Shown piece after piece: positions 11,105 to 20,336 of a DNA stretch of 64,000 nt; positions within the stretch are counted from its first letter, which is position 1, and every line of letters starts with the position of its first letter. The notes beneath the pieces are model-generated. The model worked only from the letters and a program-made list of their open reading frames with translations. It was not told where the DNA came from and did no database searches. The stretch comes from an uncultured delta proteobacterium. GTDB taxonomy: Bacteria > Desulfobacterota > Binatia > Binatales > Binataceae. The stretch is from contig CAVQEQ010000001.1 of the NCBI GenBank assembly GCA_963711565.1, positions 128,001-192,000 on the forward strand, in the 5' to 3' direction. A program made the position numbers and the translations under genes.

Positions 11105-14100
11105 TTGGCAGCAATTGTAAGCAGAGAGCAGTCCTCTACTACTGAGCCTCAAGGCGCGCTCTACAGACCGGCTTTGTTCGCTCTGAACGGCGACTTTTGG
11201 ACCGTCGGCTATCAAGGCGAGACGTTCTCACTTAAGGCCTCGAAGGGCCTCGCCTACATTCATCGCTTGCTGGGAAATCCGCATGAGGAGTTTCATGCGC
11301 TCGATTTGTTGAGCGGCGACTCCGGCACTCAATTCATTCCCGAAAGCACGACTGACGAGACAGCTTCAGCAGACTCGTTCCTGACTGTCGGACGCCTCGG
11401 AGATGCCGGGGAGATGCTCGACGGCAAGGCGAAACAAGATTACAAGCTCCGGCTGGTCGAGCTCAGAGAGAAACTGGATGATGCGCGTGAACGGGGTGAA
11501 AGCGACCGAGCCGAGGAGATTGAGTCGGAGATAGAATTCCTGGCGCGTGAAATCTCGCGCGCTGTTGGATTGGGCGGGCGCGATCGCCGAGCGGGCTCGG
11601 CTGCGGAGCGCGGACGCCTGAACGTGACACGCGCCATCAAGGCCGCGCTACAGAAGATTTCGGAGCATGACAAAACTCTGGCAGAACCACTCGAACGGTC
11701 GATCAAGACGGGCTCGTTCTGCAGTTATGCGCCCAATCGCGCGTCCTTGATAAAGTGGCAACTTTCGACCGAAGCCGAGCCTCGATCTATCGAGGTGGCG
11801 GCGACGCCGCTTTCTCTCCCCCGGCCCGACGCGAGATTCCTTGCGCTCGCCGACCAGACAAAATTTGTTGGCAGGGAACCCGAACGCGCGACGCTGCTCC
11901 ATTTGCTTGATCAGGCGGCGCACGGTGATGAATGCGTTGCCATGATCGCCGGCCCCGCCGGAGTGGGCAAGACTCGCATAGCGACCGAAATTGGCGCCGA
12001 GGCTTCGGCCAAGGGATTCCTCACGCTGGCCGGCAATTGCTACGAACGCGACGACGCCGTCCCGTTCATCCCGGTGGTTGAAATTCTGGAAAGCTTTCTC
12101 GCGCGCGCCGCCAGTCCGGCGGCATTCCGCCGGGCGTTGGGAGACGATGCGGCTGAGATTGCGCGGCTGGTGCCGCAACTGCGCCGTACCTTTAATGATA
12201 TACCGTCACCGCTCGAAGCGTCACCCGAGCAGTCGCGGCGCGTTCTGTTCAATGCGGTCGCGGAGTTTCTGGTTCGTGCAGCCTCCGATACTCCGCTTCT
12301 TCTACTGCTTGAAGACCTTCACTGGGCCGATGAAGGTACAATGGCGCTAATCACTCATGTCGCGCGCGCGGTCTGCAAGCTGCCGGTCATGATCATGGGA
12401 ACGTTTCGCGACAACGAACTTTCTCCGGCTGGTCCGCTGGCGCAGGCGTTGGATAACTTCACGCGTCTCCATCTACTCGAGCGCATCAACCTCGGCGGCC
12501 TTTCCCCGAACGCCGTCTCCGACATGATTCGTACTTTGAGCGGACAGGAGCCGCCCTCCTCACTGGTGGACGCTATCCACTCGGGCACCGAAGGTAATCC
12601 GTTTTTCATCGAGGAATTGTACAAGCACTTGAAGGAGCGCGGGCGCCTCTCGGATTCCAGTGGGGCTCTGCCTCGTTTCTTAAAGCTGGATGCACTGGAC
12701 GTGCCGGAGAATCTGCGCCTGGTAATCGGAAGACGCCTGGCGGGGCTTGGGGACCAAACGCGAAAAGTCCTCGGTACCGCGGCGATCATAGGCCGCTCGT
12801 TCACCTTCGGCCTGCTTGAGGCTTCGACTCGCACGGATACTGACATACTCCTTGATTGCGTAGAAGAGGCGGAAGGGGCGGGAATTATTTCCTCAACCCT
12901 GGAGTACCCCGAATCCTTATTTCGCTTTTCGCATGAGCTGATCGGTCAAACCGTCGTAAGCGAAATTTCCGCGCCCAGGCGACAGCGTCTTCATTTGAAC
13001 GTGGCGGACGCTATCGAACGCGTTTACGAGAATGCTCTCGAAGACCACGCACACGATCTCGCGCACCACCTGTGGCACGCGGGACCCGTCGCGAAGGTGG
13101 ATAAGACGGTCAAGTATCTTGCGATGGCTGCCAATCAAGCGCTCGCGCAAAGTGCTTATGAGGCCGCGCTTAAGCACGTACAAAATGCACTAACTCTCCT
13201 GGCAAAATTACCCAAGTCAAAGGAGCGCTCGCGTCAGGAACTAGGTCTTCGAATCGATCATGGAGTGGCGCTGCTGGCGATTGATGGTTGGTACGTTCCC
13301 GAAGTAGGCAATACCTATCGACGCGCGCGCGAATTATGCCAGGAGCTAGGATTGGGCGGGGATCCAAGTCTGTTCTCGGTCGTCTTTGGTCTCTGGATGC
13401 ATCACCTGGTTCGTGGGGAGCATCGCGATGCGCGCTACTTCGCGGAGGAATGCCGGCAACTGGCAAGTCAGCTGGGTGACGACAAGCTAACGCTTTATTC
13501 ATTGTGGGCCTTAGGATGTAGCCAACACTTCATGGGCGAAATGACCGCGGCACACGACACCCATGACATCGCGATCCGGCGACGGAATTCCGCCCGCGAT
13601 GCGGGTCTGTTTACCTTCGGCCAGGATCCTATGATGAGTTGCTTGTACTATGACGCGGTCACGTTATGGATTCTTGGAGATCTTAAGCAGTCGCGCGAGC
13701 GGGAGCTCGAAGCGGAGAGGTTGGCACGTAAACTCGAACACCCATTCACGCTGGTCTGGTATCTCGTGAACGATGCGATGTTCTGTGAACTTCGACGGGA
13801 CTACCGTAGCGCCGATGCCCGGATGGCCGAGGCGATCCCAATCTGCGAGGAAAACGGGTTCGCGCACAACTTGACGATCGTCCGCGGTCTGCAAGGGTTG
13901 AGCCTTGGGGCTCAGGGAAAGATACACTTGCCGCCGTCGGCCGTTGGTTCGGAACGGGGGTTGGCGCCGATCGGACACGAGCTGTTTCAACCTTGGGTAC
14001 GAGGCGCGATGGCGGAGGTCCTTGCCAAGCAGGGGCATCCGTCGTTGGCGCTGGCCGTGCTCGATCAAGCAATCGAACTAGTCGATCGAATTGGTGAGCG

Positions 14101-14413
14101 GTTTTTCGAGGCAGAACTGCACCGTATCAAGGGTGAAGTAATTCTGCTCGAGAGTGAAAAAGAAACCGGTGACGGTGGAAAGAGCGCGGAGCGAGCGGAA
14201 CAAAGCTTTCGTGATGCGCTAGCGATCACTCATCGTCAAAACGCCCGAACATTTCAATTACGCGCCTCGATGAGTCAGGCCCGGCTGCAAATGAAAAAAG
14301 GTCAGAAGGCCGAGACCAGAGAAGCTCTTCGCGAAGTTTATAATTCGTTCGGCGAGGGGATTGAAAGTATCGATCTTGCCGAGGCGAGGAACCTGCTGCT
14401 CGCGTTTGACTAA
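11105..14413 (+). CDS. STAND-type AAA ATPase with TPR-like C-terminus (probable regulator)
   Basis: FVGRE, Walker A GPAGVGKT, Walker B LLLEDLHWAD, GNPFFIEE and a helical C-terminus (EAELHRIKGE); TTG start uncertain. Confidence 0.85.
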   Translation: MAAIVSREQSSTTEPQGALYRPALFALNGDFWTVGYQGETFSLKASKGLAYIHRLLGNPHEEFHALDLLSGDSGTQFIPESTTDETASADSFLTVGRLGDAGEMLDGKAKQDYKLRLVELREKLDDARERGESDRAEEIESEIEFLAREISRAVGLGGRDRRAGSAAERGRLNVTRAIKAALQKISEHDKTLAEPLERSIKTGSFCSYAPNRASLIKWQLSTEAEPRSIEVAATPLSLPRPDARFLALADQTKFVGREPERATLLHLLDQAAHGDECVAMIAGPAGVGKTRIATEIGAEASAKGFLTLAGNCYERDDAVPFIPVVEILESFLARAASPAAFRRALGDDAAEIARLVPQLRRTFNDIPSPLEASPEQSRRVLFNAVAEFLVRAASDTPLLLLLEDLHWADEGTMALITHVARAVCKLPVMIMGTFRDNELSPAGPLAQALDNFTRLHLLERINLGGLSPNAVSDMIRTLSGQEPPSSLVDAIHSGTEGNPFFIEELYKHLKERGRLSDSSGALPRFLKLDALDVPENLRLVIGRRLAGLGDQTRKVLGTAAIIGRSFTFGLLEASTRTDTDILLDCVEEAEGAGIISSTLEYPESLFRFSHELIGQTVVSEISAPRRQRLHLNVADAIERVYENALEDHAHDLAHHLWHAGPVAKVDKTVKYLAMAANQALAQSAYEAALKHVQNALTLLAKLPKSKERSRQELGLRIDHGVALLAIDGWYVPEVGNTYRRARELCQELGLGGDPSLFSVVFGLWMHHLVRGEHRDARYFAEECRQLASQLGDDKLTLYSLWALGCSQHFMGEMTAAHDTHDIAIRRRNSARDAGLFTFGQDPMMSCLYYDAVTLWILGDLKQSRERELEAERLARKLEHPFTLVWYLVNDAMFCELRRDYRSADARMAEAIPICEENGFAHNLTIVRGLQGLSLGAQGKIHLPPSAVGSERGLAPIGHELFQPWVRGAMAEVLAKQGHPSLALAVLDQAIELVDRIGERFFEAELHRIKGEVILLESEKETGDGGKSAERAEQSFRDALAITHRQNARTFQLRASMSQARLQMKKGQKAETREALREVYNSFGEGIESIDLAEARNLLLAFD

Positions 14414-14473
14414 TCGTCCACTCATCGAGATCGGCCCTCTCATCAACCGGTCCACGTCAGGAGCCAGTTCGCG

Positions 14474-15457
14474 ATGAGAGCAGTAGTTATCGGCGCGACT
14501 GGGCATATCGGCAACGCCGTAGTCCGCGCGCTCCTCGATCAAGGACTCGAGGTCACCGCAACCAGCCGCAAAAGCGCGCCGGGCTACAATCTAGCCGACC
14601 TGCCTGTGCATTTCGCATGCGGGGACAGCTCGGTTTCCGGCCAATTCGACGCATGGATCTCCGGCCACGACATTGTTGTCGATGCGGCGGCGCCGTATCC
14701 GTTAAGCGTCCTGCAAGGCACCCGCAACTCGAACTCTGACCCTGTTTCGGATGCGGTACGACGCACTCGCGATCTGCTTAAGGCGGTTTTCAAGCACAAC
14801 GCGCGCCTCGTTTCGATAGGATCGTTTGCGACGATCTCGTCTCAGCGAAGAGGCTTTGATGCGGTGCAACACGAGGTGATGCGCCGTGCGCATCCATACT
14901 TCGCGGTAAAAGAGGCGATCGAAACGGCGACCATCGATGCTGCGCGCAACGGAATCAAGGCGATACTGCTGAATCCCACCATGTGCATCGGGCCCTGGGA
15001 CATGCGCAATCGCGAGTTCTGCATAGTGCCGCGTCTGCTTGCGAGTGAAATTCCGGCGATGACGAATCAAATTCTGAATCTTATTGACGTGCGCGACGTT
15101 GCCGACGCGACAATTGCGGCGCTCAAAGCTGAGAAGTTCGGCGAGCCAATCCCACTTAGCGGACACAACATCTCGGTGGACATGTTATTTTCATGGATTT
15201 GCGAGATTGGCGGAGTCCGACCGCCGCGCACCTGTGTCCCAACAAGCTTGGCCGTTGCGGGTAGCTACTGGGCGGAGCTTGCACTTACACTGCTAGGACA
15301 GAGCACTCCGATGCCATCGGTATTTCTCATGCTGGCAAGTACTTTGGATTGCCCGACGCGAGATCGATGTCAAGTTGAACTTGGAATAGCACCTCGTCCG
15401 CTGTATGGGACCATCCTCGACGCGATCGACTGGTATAGGCGAATAGGTTACTGCTAG
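14474..15457 (+). CDS. NAD-dependent epimerase/dehydratase (HpnA/dihydroflavonol-reductase-like)
   Basis: GATGHIG, YFAVK (YxxxK), NPTMCIGPWD and DVRDVA; AGGAG RBS. Confidence 0.88.
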   Translation: MRAVVIGATGHIGNAVVRALLDQGLEVTATSRKSAPGYNLADLPVHFACGDSSVSGQFDAWISGHDIVVDAAAPYPLSVLQGTRNSNSDPVSDAVRRTRDLLKAVFKHNARLVSIGSFATISSQRRGFDAVQHEVMRRAHPYFAVKEAIETATIDAARNGIKAILLNPTMCIGPWDMRNREFCIVPRLLASEIPAMTNQILNLIDVRDVADATIAALKAEKFGEPIPLSGHNISVDMLFSWICEIGGVRPPRTCVPTSLAVAGSYWAELALTLLGQSTPMPSVFLMLASTLDCPTRDRCQVELGIAPRPLYGTILDAIDWYRRIGYC

Positions 15458-18426
15458 CCGCGTATTCGCTCCCAATACCAGTGTGGGTCCTTGGACGCGT
15501 CCTTATCCGTCCAGTCGGTTTTGCCAAGCTTGAACCAGGATCCAGCAGATTCGCGGCGAATTCGAAAACCAGGCAGCGGCTTGGGGTAGTGGACGAGTTC
15601 TATTGGATGCGGTGAAGCATCTTCCGCGCCGCCCGATACGTCGTAATCCGACGGCTTTATCCAGTCTTCTTTCAGGATGTCCTCAAGGGCGGTTTGCGGG
15701 TCGACCTTTTCGATCGCATCTGCCAAATCCCGCCGCGTACATCGTTTCGACGCGACCTTCAGGTCAGTGAAAGATTTTTCAAGCAGGTCGATTGTCTGCA
15801 GCAGTTCTTCTACTCGGAACGAATTCACGAACGTCGTCCAGGAGTCGTCTGGAGCGGCGCCAGGATCCTTGGATGGTACGCGGAAGCGTAGGTTCAAAGA
15901 ACTGAGATGCTTTTGCAATGCGTTTTTGCCCAGCTTTTTCTGATATTGATGGAGCTCGTCTGCCAGAAGGCCGCGGAGCCATTCCTCTGCGATAAGCTGC
16001 ACGGCTTGTTGCTTCTTCTCCTCCTTGAAGTACCGGGATAGCCCGGGACCGAAAAGGGATCGTCCCTCCTTATCGCCGAAAAGGGGCGGAGTTGGCACCT
16101 TGCTGCAATCGTCGTTGGTATGCCAATTCTCTTCGGTTCCAGCGCGCAAGCAAAGATTCTTGCTGTCTGTCCCTGCCATCGCCACCCTTATCCAGAAGGG
16201 GCGGATCGGTTCAATTACTTCGGTCGGTACGTTGCCAATCTCCGGGTCCCATACGCTCTTCGTCCATTTCACTTCGAGGCCGAGAGCATCCACTATAGGC
16301 AAGGTGTCATACTTGGGAATCAACACATGAAGCGGGTGCTCAAACTCGCCAATCCCCTGGACAGATTCGATCGATCGGCTGACTTGAACCAAAGATTGCA
16401 AACAAGCTTTGTCCAGGTCGCCTGCGTCCATGAACTCCTTCAAGGCAACGCTGAAAATCGGAATATTGAAAAACAGAACTGCGAACATCGCACTCTTGAC
16501 AATTTCCAGCGATGCAGAATCCGCACCCGCCGTTTCGGCCTTACGTCTGTAATCCCTAAGTAGCGTATGCGCCCAGTCCCAGAGCGACCTGCTCTCCGTC
16601 GCCGAAGCCGGAGGACACTGACCCCTATCGATCTCGAGTACCGCACGACTAACGGCCTCCGCTCCGACATAGTCCGAAGGTATTAGGTCGGTCCAGATTT
16701 CAAGGAGCGGCTGCAACAACTGTTCAGGCTTACTGTCTGGATCCATCCAATTGGTCGGCGGACTCTTCAATTCACTTAGCAGGGTAGGCCTGCCGTACAC
16801 TTCATGGTCGGTGATCGCAGAGACTTGAGACCCAGCGAAGGTGAATGCCGGCAAGAGCGCTACGCTAACCAGATCCTTGCCGTGGTAGAGCTTTACGGGA
16901 ATGACGATCGCAACTTCGCGATCGGTCACAAGGCCGGCGCTGTTCAACTGGGCGGTTAATCCATCGTAGCTCGCTGCGAGCAGATACGCATAGGAGCCCC
17001 AGGGTTCCAGCCGGTATGGAATGCCATCAAGTGCTTCGTTGGTAAGATATTCCTGGCAGTAGTTGAACAGCTTGCGTTGATTCGCGATCATAGGAAGGAC
17101 GCGAATTGTCAGCGTCGGAAAGGTGAACGGACCGGTTATCTCCTGCAGCGCTCCGCTGCCCAGCGGAATGTACGGAATCCTTGTCTGTCCGGGGCCCGGA
17201 TTTGGCGCCGGCAAGGGTAGCTCTTCTGACCAACCGGAGCATCGGCTACGCCAACATAGAGTGTCACCCTGGCCATAACTCAGATCCGCACTCATCCAAA
17301 ATGGCGTCTGAGGCTCCAACAGGGTCACATCCCAATCGCCGACCGATGCACGTCCAGCAACTTCCAGGCCGAGGTTCTCGACAATCGGCTGCGTCGCGTA
17401 CCGAAACAGCCGCAACAGGAAGCGCCCCGAAAGAGGATCGCCTGAGCGGAGGTCCAACATGAGGCCCGCGTCATTGATCCTTTCCATGGTCATTTTCGAA
17501 AGCGTGACGGCTTGATAGCAAGCGGAGTCAGGATCCTCCGCATCGCGGAACTGTTTGAGATTTATTGCGTTCCCTTCGTAGCCTAAAGCCTGAGGAAAGG
17601 GATCGATTTGCGGATCACCTATAACTCGGGGAAGTAAGGCTCTGAGATTCTGAAACCCGAGATCGCTTGCGGCTTGCAGATATCCCAGGTCACCGAACTC
17701 TTGATAACGATAGGCACCGAGATCCGCGAACGAACGCGCCGCATCGGACATAAACGACATCGATCTGGCGATTGCGTTCGGCACGGCGGTTACGAAATCA
17801 CTGCCCGCGCGCCGCATCGATTGAAATGGAGCGGGTTCGCGAACTACGTCGAGAAAGGGTACGAATTTGTCTGTCTCCCGCGCACCCCGTGGACCAGGAA
17901 CTTCGAGACTGAGCCGGATCACCAAGTCCAGGTCGAGAGGGTCCAGGCTGGGCGTGAGGCTATCCATTCGCATCGCGACTTTCGGCCACCCATAGACCTC
18001 GCGGCCATTTCTCACCGAGAGTGGGTTATCGGCAAAAATAAATGGAGAAATCGTCGCCCAATCCATGAACACCAGCTCGTTGCCGTTCCTCCGATAGCAC
18101 TCGAGTGGAATCGTAAAGCATAGTTCGCGCGCTCCGAACCAGCCCATGTTCTGCCATTCGATCGCCATACTGCCGTAGTCGATTATCTGCAGCAGGACAT
18201 AGGGCAGCGCTGGACGAAAGAAAAAGGGCGGACGGTCCTGTTCGTGAGTGAAGTTAAGGTATAGGTCGCAGAATTGAGTCAATCGCGCCATACTGGCCAT
18301 CAGCGGGTAAATCTGAAAGCTGACGTTCGACAAGCTCATATCTACGTCGGTTCCAGTCACTGCCATGACGGGCTGGGCATGATCTACTGCTGTCCCGGAA
18401 TATCGCGGCAGTTTGTCTGTACGCAT
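15454..18426 (-). CDS. Large protein with two acetoacetate-decarboxylase-like repeats
   Basis: Two repeats: (DNPLSVRNGREVYGWPK...NLKQFRDAEDPDSACYQ) and (SAITDHEVYGRP...ALKEFMDAGDLDKACLQ). GRExxGxPK is the ADC-family signature. Confidence 0.7.
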   Translation of the reverse strand: MRTDKLPRYSGTAVDHAQPVMAVTGTDVDMSLSNVSFQIYPLMASMARLTQFCDLYLNFTHEQDRPPFFFRPALPYVLLQIIDYGSMAIEWQNMGWFGARELCFTIPLECYRRNGNELVFMDWATISPFIFADNPLSVRNGREVYGWPKVAMRMDSLTPSLDPLDLDLVIRLSLEVPGPRGARETDKFVPFLDVVREPAPFQSMRRAGSDFVTAVPNAIARSMSFMSDAARSFADLGAYRYQEFGDLGYLQAASDLGFQNLRALLPRVIGDPQIDPFPQALGYEGNAINLKQFRDAEDPDSACYQAVTLSKMTMERINDAGLMLDLRSGDPLSGRFLLRLFRYATQPIVENLGLEVAGRASVGDWDVTLLEPQTPFWMSADLSYGQGDTLCWRSRCSGWSEELPLPAPNPGPGQTRIPYIPLGSGALQEITGPFTFPTLTIRVLPMIANQRKLFNYCQEYLTNEALDGIPYRLEPWGSYAYLLAASYDGLTAQLNSAGLVTDREVAIVIPVKLYHGKDLVSVALLPAFTFAGSQVSAITDHEVYGRPTLLSELKSPPTNWMDPDSKPEQLLQPLLEIWTDLIPSDYVGAEAVSRAVLEIDRGQCPPASATESRSLWDWAHTLLRDYRRKAETAGADSASLEIVKSAMFAVLFFNIPIFSVALKEFMDAGDLDKACLQSLVQVSRSIESVQGIGEFEHPLHVLIPKYDTLPIVDALGLEVKWTKSVWDPEIGNVPTEVIEPIRPFWIRVAMAGTDSKNLCLRAGTEENWHTNDDCSKVPTPPLFGDKEGRSLFGPGLSRYFKEEKKQQAVQLIAEEWLRGLLADELHQYQKKLGKNALQKHLSSLNLRFRVPSKDPGAAPDDSWTTFVNSFRVEELLQTIDLLEKSFTDLKVASKRCTRRDLADAIEKVDPQTALEDILKEDWIKPSDYDVSGGAEDASPHPIELVHYPKPLPGFRIRRESAGSWFKLGKTDWTDKDASKDPHWYWERIRG

Positions 18427-18487
18427 CCCTGACTGTCCCCCTGCTGGATCTGGAAAGGCGCTGTTCAGGTCTTAGTGCGAGCGGGCT

Positions 18488-19510
18488 TCAAGTGCGTTCT
18501 ATTACCCAGGTCACCATCTCCTCGAGGAACCGCTTGTCGCGAGAGTCGGGCAAGCTCGCATAGACCTCGGAAAATTCGTGCAGCGCGGCGCCCGCCAGCC
18601 CATGCGCGATCTGGCGCGCATACTCGACGCACCCATACTTGTCCATTAGCCGGCGGACCCAGAGGATGTCACATAGGCGGCGTCGATCCCGCGCCAGTGA
18701 CATCAGCTTCGACAACTGGCTGCGTTCATCGACGTTCGCCTCGCGAAAGAGCCGAATCAGCATCAGCGTGCGTTTGCCCTCCCAGATGTCGCCGTTGAGT
18801 TCCTTGCCGTAGGATCCCTCCGCGACAAGGTTGAGCAGATCGTCCTGAATCTGGAAGGTCGCGCCGAGCAGGAACGCAAATGGGCCGAAATCATCCAGAT
18901 TAACCGAATCGCGAGTACCTATCAGAGCGCCCACCCGAATCGGATAGATTGTTGCCAGCCAGCACGTCTTCTTCAGCACCATCGCAAGATAGTCTTCATC
19001 CTCGAGCGCGGAGGTGTTGTCCTTGCGCCATCCCAGCTCGAGTGCCTGTCCCTCGGCGCATTCATGCGCCATCCGCTCGGTCTCTTCGATAATGCGCAGC
19101 GTAAGATGATCACCGATCAGGTCGCGATTCTGGATAAGCGGCCTGAGACTCAAGAGTGACAGCAGGTCGCCGGCGTTCAAGGCGAGCGGCACGCCGTGAA
19201 GAACGTGAAGCGTGGGCCGGCCGCGCCGCTCTTCACTTTCATCCTGGATGTCGTCGTGAATCAGCAACGCGTTGTGAAGCAACTCGATCGAAACCGCGGT
19301 GAGCAATGCCTCTTCGAGCCGCGCGCCGAACGCGCGGGCGGTCGCGATGCAGAGACTGGGACGCATCATCTTACCGCCGCGTTCCGGATAATCGGCCACC
19401 AGATCGTACAGATACCGCCGGGGTTCGCGCGCAGGCAGGTAGTCGCGCACCGCAGCCCTGGTGAGCTCCCCGTATTCACGCATCGTGTCTGGAACCAGAG
19501 TGGACGTCAT
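18488..19510 (-). CDS. Polyprenyl diphosphate synthase (GGPP-synthase-like)
   Basis: GGKMMRP, FARM HDDIQD, RRGRPT, GQALE, KKT and SARM QIQDDLLN. Confidence 0.93.
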   Translation of the reverse strand: MTSTLVPDTMREYGELTRAAVRDYLPAREPRRYLYDLVADYPERGGKMMRPSLCIATARAFGARLEEALLTAVSIELLHNALLIHDDIQDESEERRGRPTLHVLHGVPLALNAGDLLSLLSLRPLIQNRDLIGDHLTLRIIEETERMAHECAEGQALELGWRKDNTSALEDEDYLAMVLKKTCWLATIYPIRVGALIGTRDSVNLDDFGPFAFLLGATFQIQDDLLNLVAEGSYGKELNGDIWEGKRTLMLIRLFREANVDERSQLSKLMSLARDRRRLCDILWVRRLMDKYGCVEYARQIAHGLAGAALHEFSEVYASLPDSRDKRFLEEMVTWVIERT

Positions 19511-19546
19511 GCCATCAATCTTGCGGCTCCGGTGACCTGTTACTTA

Positions 19547-20290
19547 TCAACCCAGGCCAAGGGTTAGCGTTCCTCGCGGTTGATCTTTTTTATCGATGAC
19601 CTGCGCTTGAAACAATCCGCCGGGAGTTTTCGCGGCTGACGACAGATCTATGTGTAGTACCGTTTCAGTACCCTTCGACGCGTGGCCGAAGTGCGCAACC
19701 TTGCTGAGCGTTAGAGTAGGATCGTGTTGAGCCTTCAGAATCAAATCAGCCGTGCTCAAATCAGCGAAGGCAGTATACGGATAAAGGTCCAGCCACACTT
19801 CGCACGGCCTATTGCTTTTAAAATCGACCGGAACCGACGTGCACAGATAAGTCTCCGAGATTCCAAATTGTGAAGCGCCTTCCTCGCCGCGGTCCGATCG
19901 GTATCCACCATATCCGTACATGCCGTTCAGCATGTCCATCATAAGAGACGTCATTTCGCCGTAGGTTGAAATCGCGCGGTCCATCAACTCCTGCAACCCA
20001 TTGACCATTCCCCGCCGGGATCGTGGACCAAATGAGTTGGGACCACTGTATTGTCCTCCCATGCTTCGGTCCTGCGCCATAAAACGGTTGACGACACGAT
20101 AAGCGCTGTTGACTCCCGCGGCACCAAACCCTGCCCCGGATTGACCTGGCGCCTGTCCTCCCGGCGGCGTGAACGATGCCGTTCGTCCGCCCGGATTTGC
20201 CGCGTGATAAGGGCGATACAAATTCGAATACTGTCGCCTCGGCCCAACGCGAAGAGGATCGGTTCTGCGGTAGCGCGTGTAATCGCTCAT
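19547..20290 (-). CDS. Hypothetical protein (G/R/Y-rich N-terminus, beta-rich C-terminus)
   Basis: 247-aa ORF co-oriented and tightly spaced between the oxidoreductase and prenyl synthase genes. Confidence 0.65.
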   Translation of the reverse strand: MSDYTRYRRTDPLRVGPRRQYSNLYRPYHAANPGGRTASFTPPGGQAPGQSGAGFGAAGVNSAYRVVNRFMAQDRSMGGQYSGPNSFGPRSRRGMVNGLQELMDRAISTYGEMTSLMMDMLNGMYGYGGYRSDRGEEGASQFGISETYLCTSVPVDFKSNRPCEVWLDLYPYTAFADLSTADLILKAQHDPTLTLSKVAHFGHASKGTETVLHIDLSSAAKTPGGLFQAQVIDKKDQPRGTLTLGLG

Positions 20291-20336
20291 GCTATTAACC
20301 CACAGTTGAGTGCTGTTAGTTCTTCCAATGCATTCG

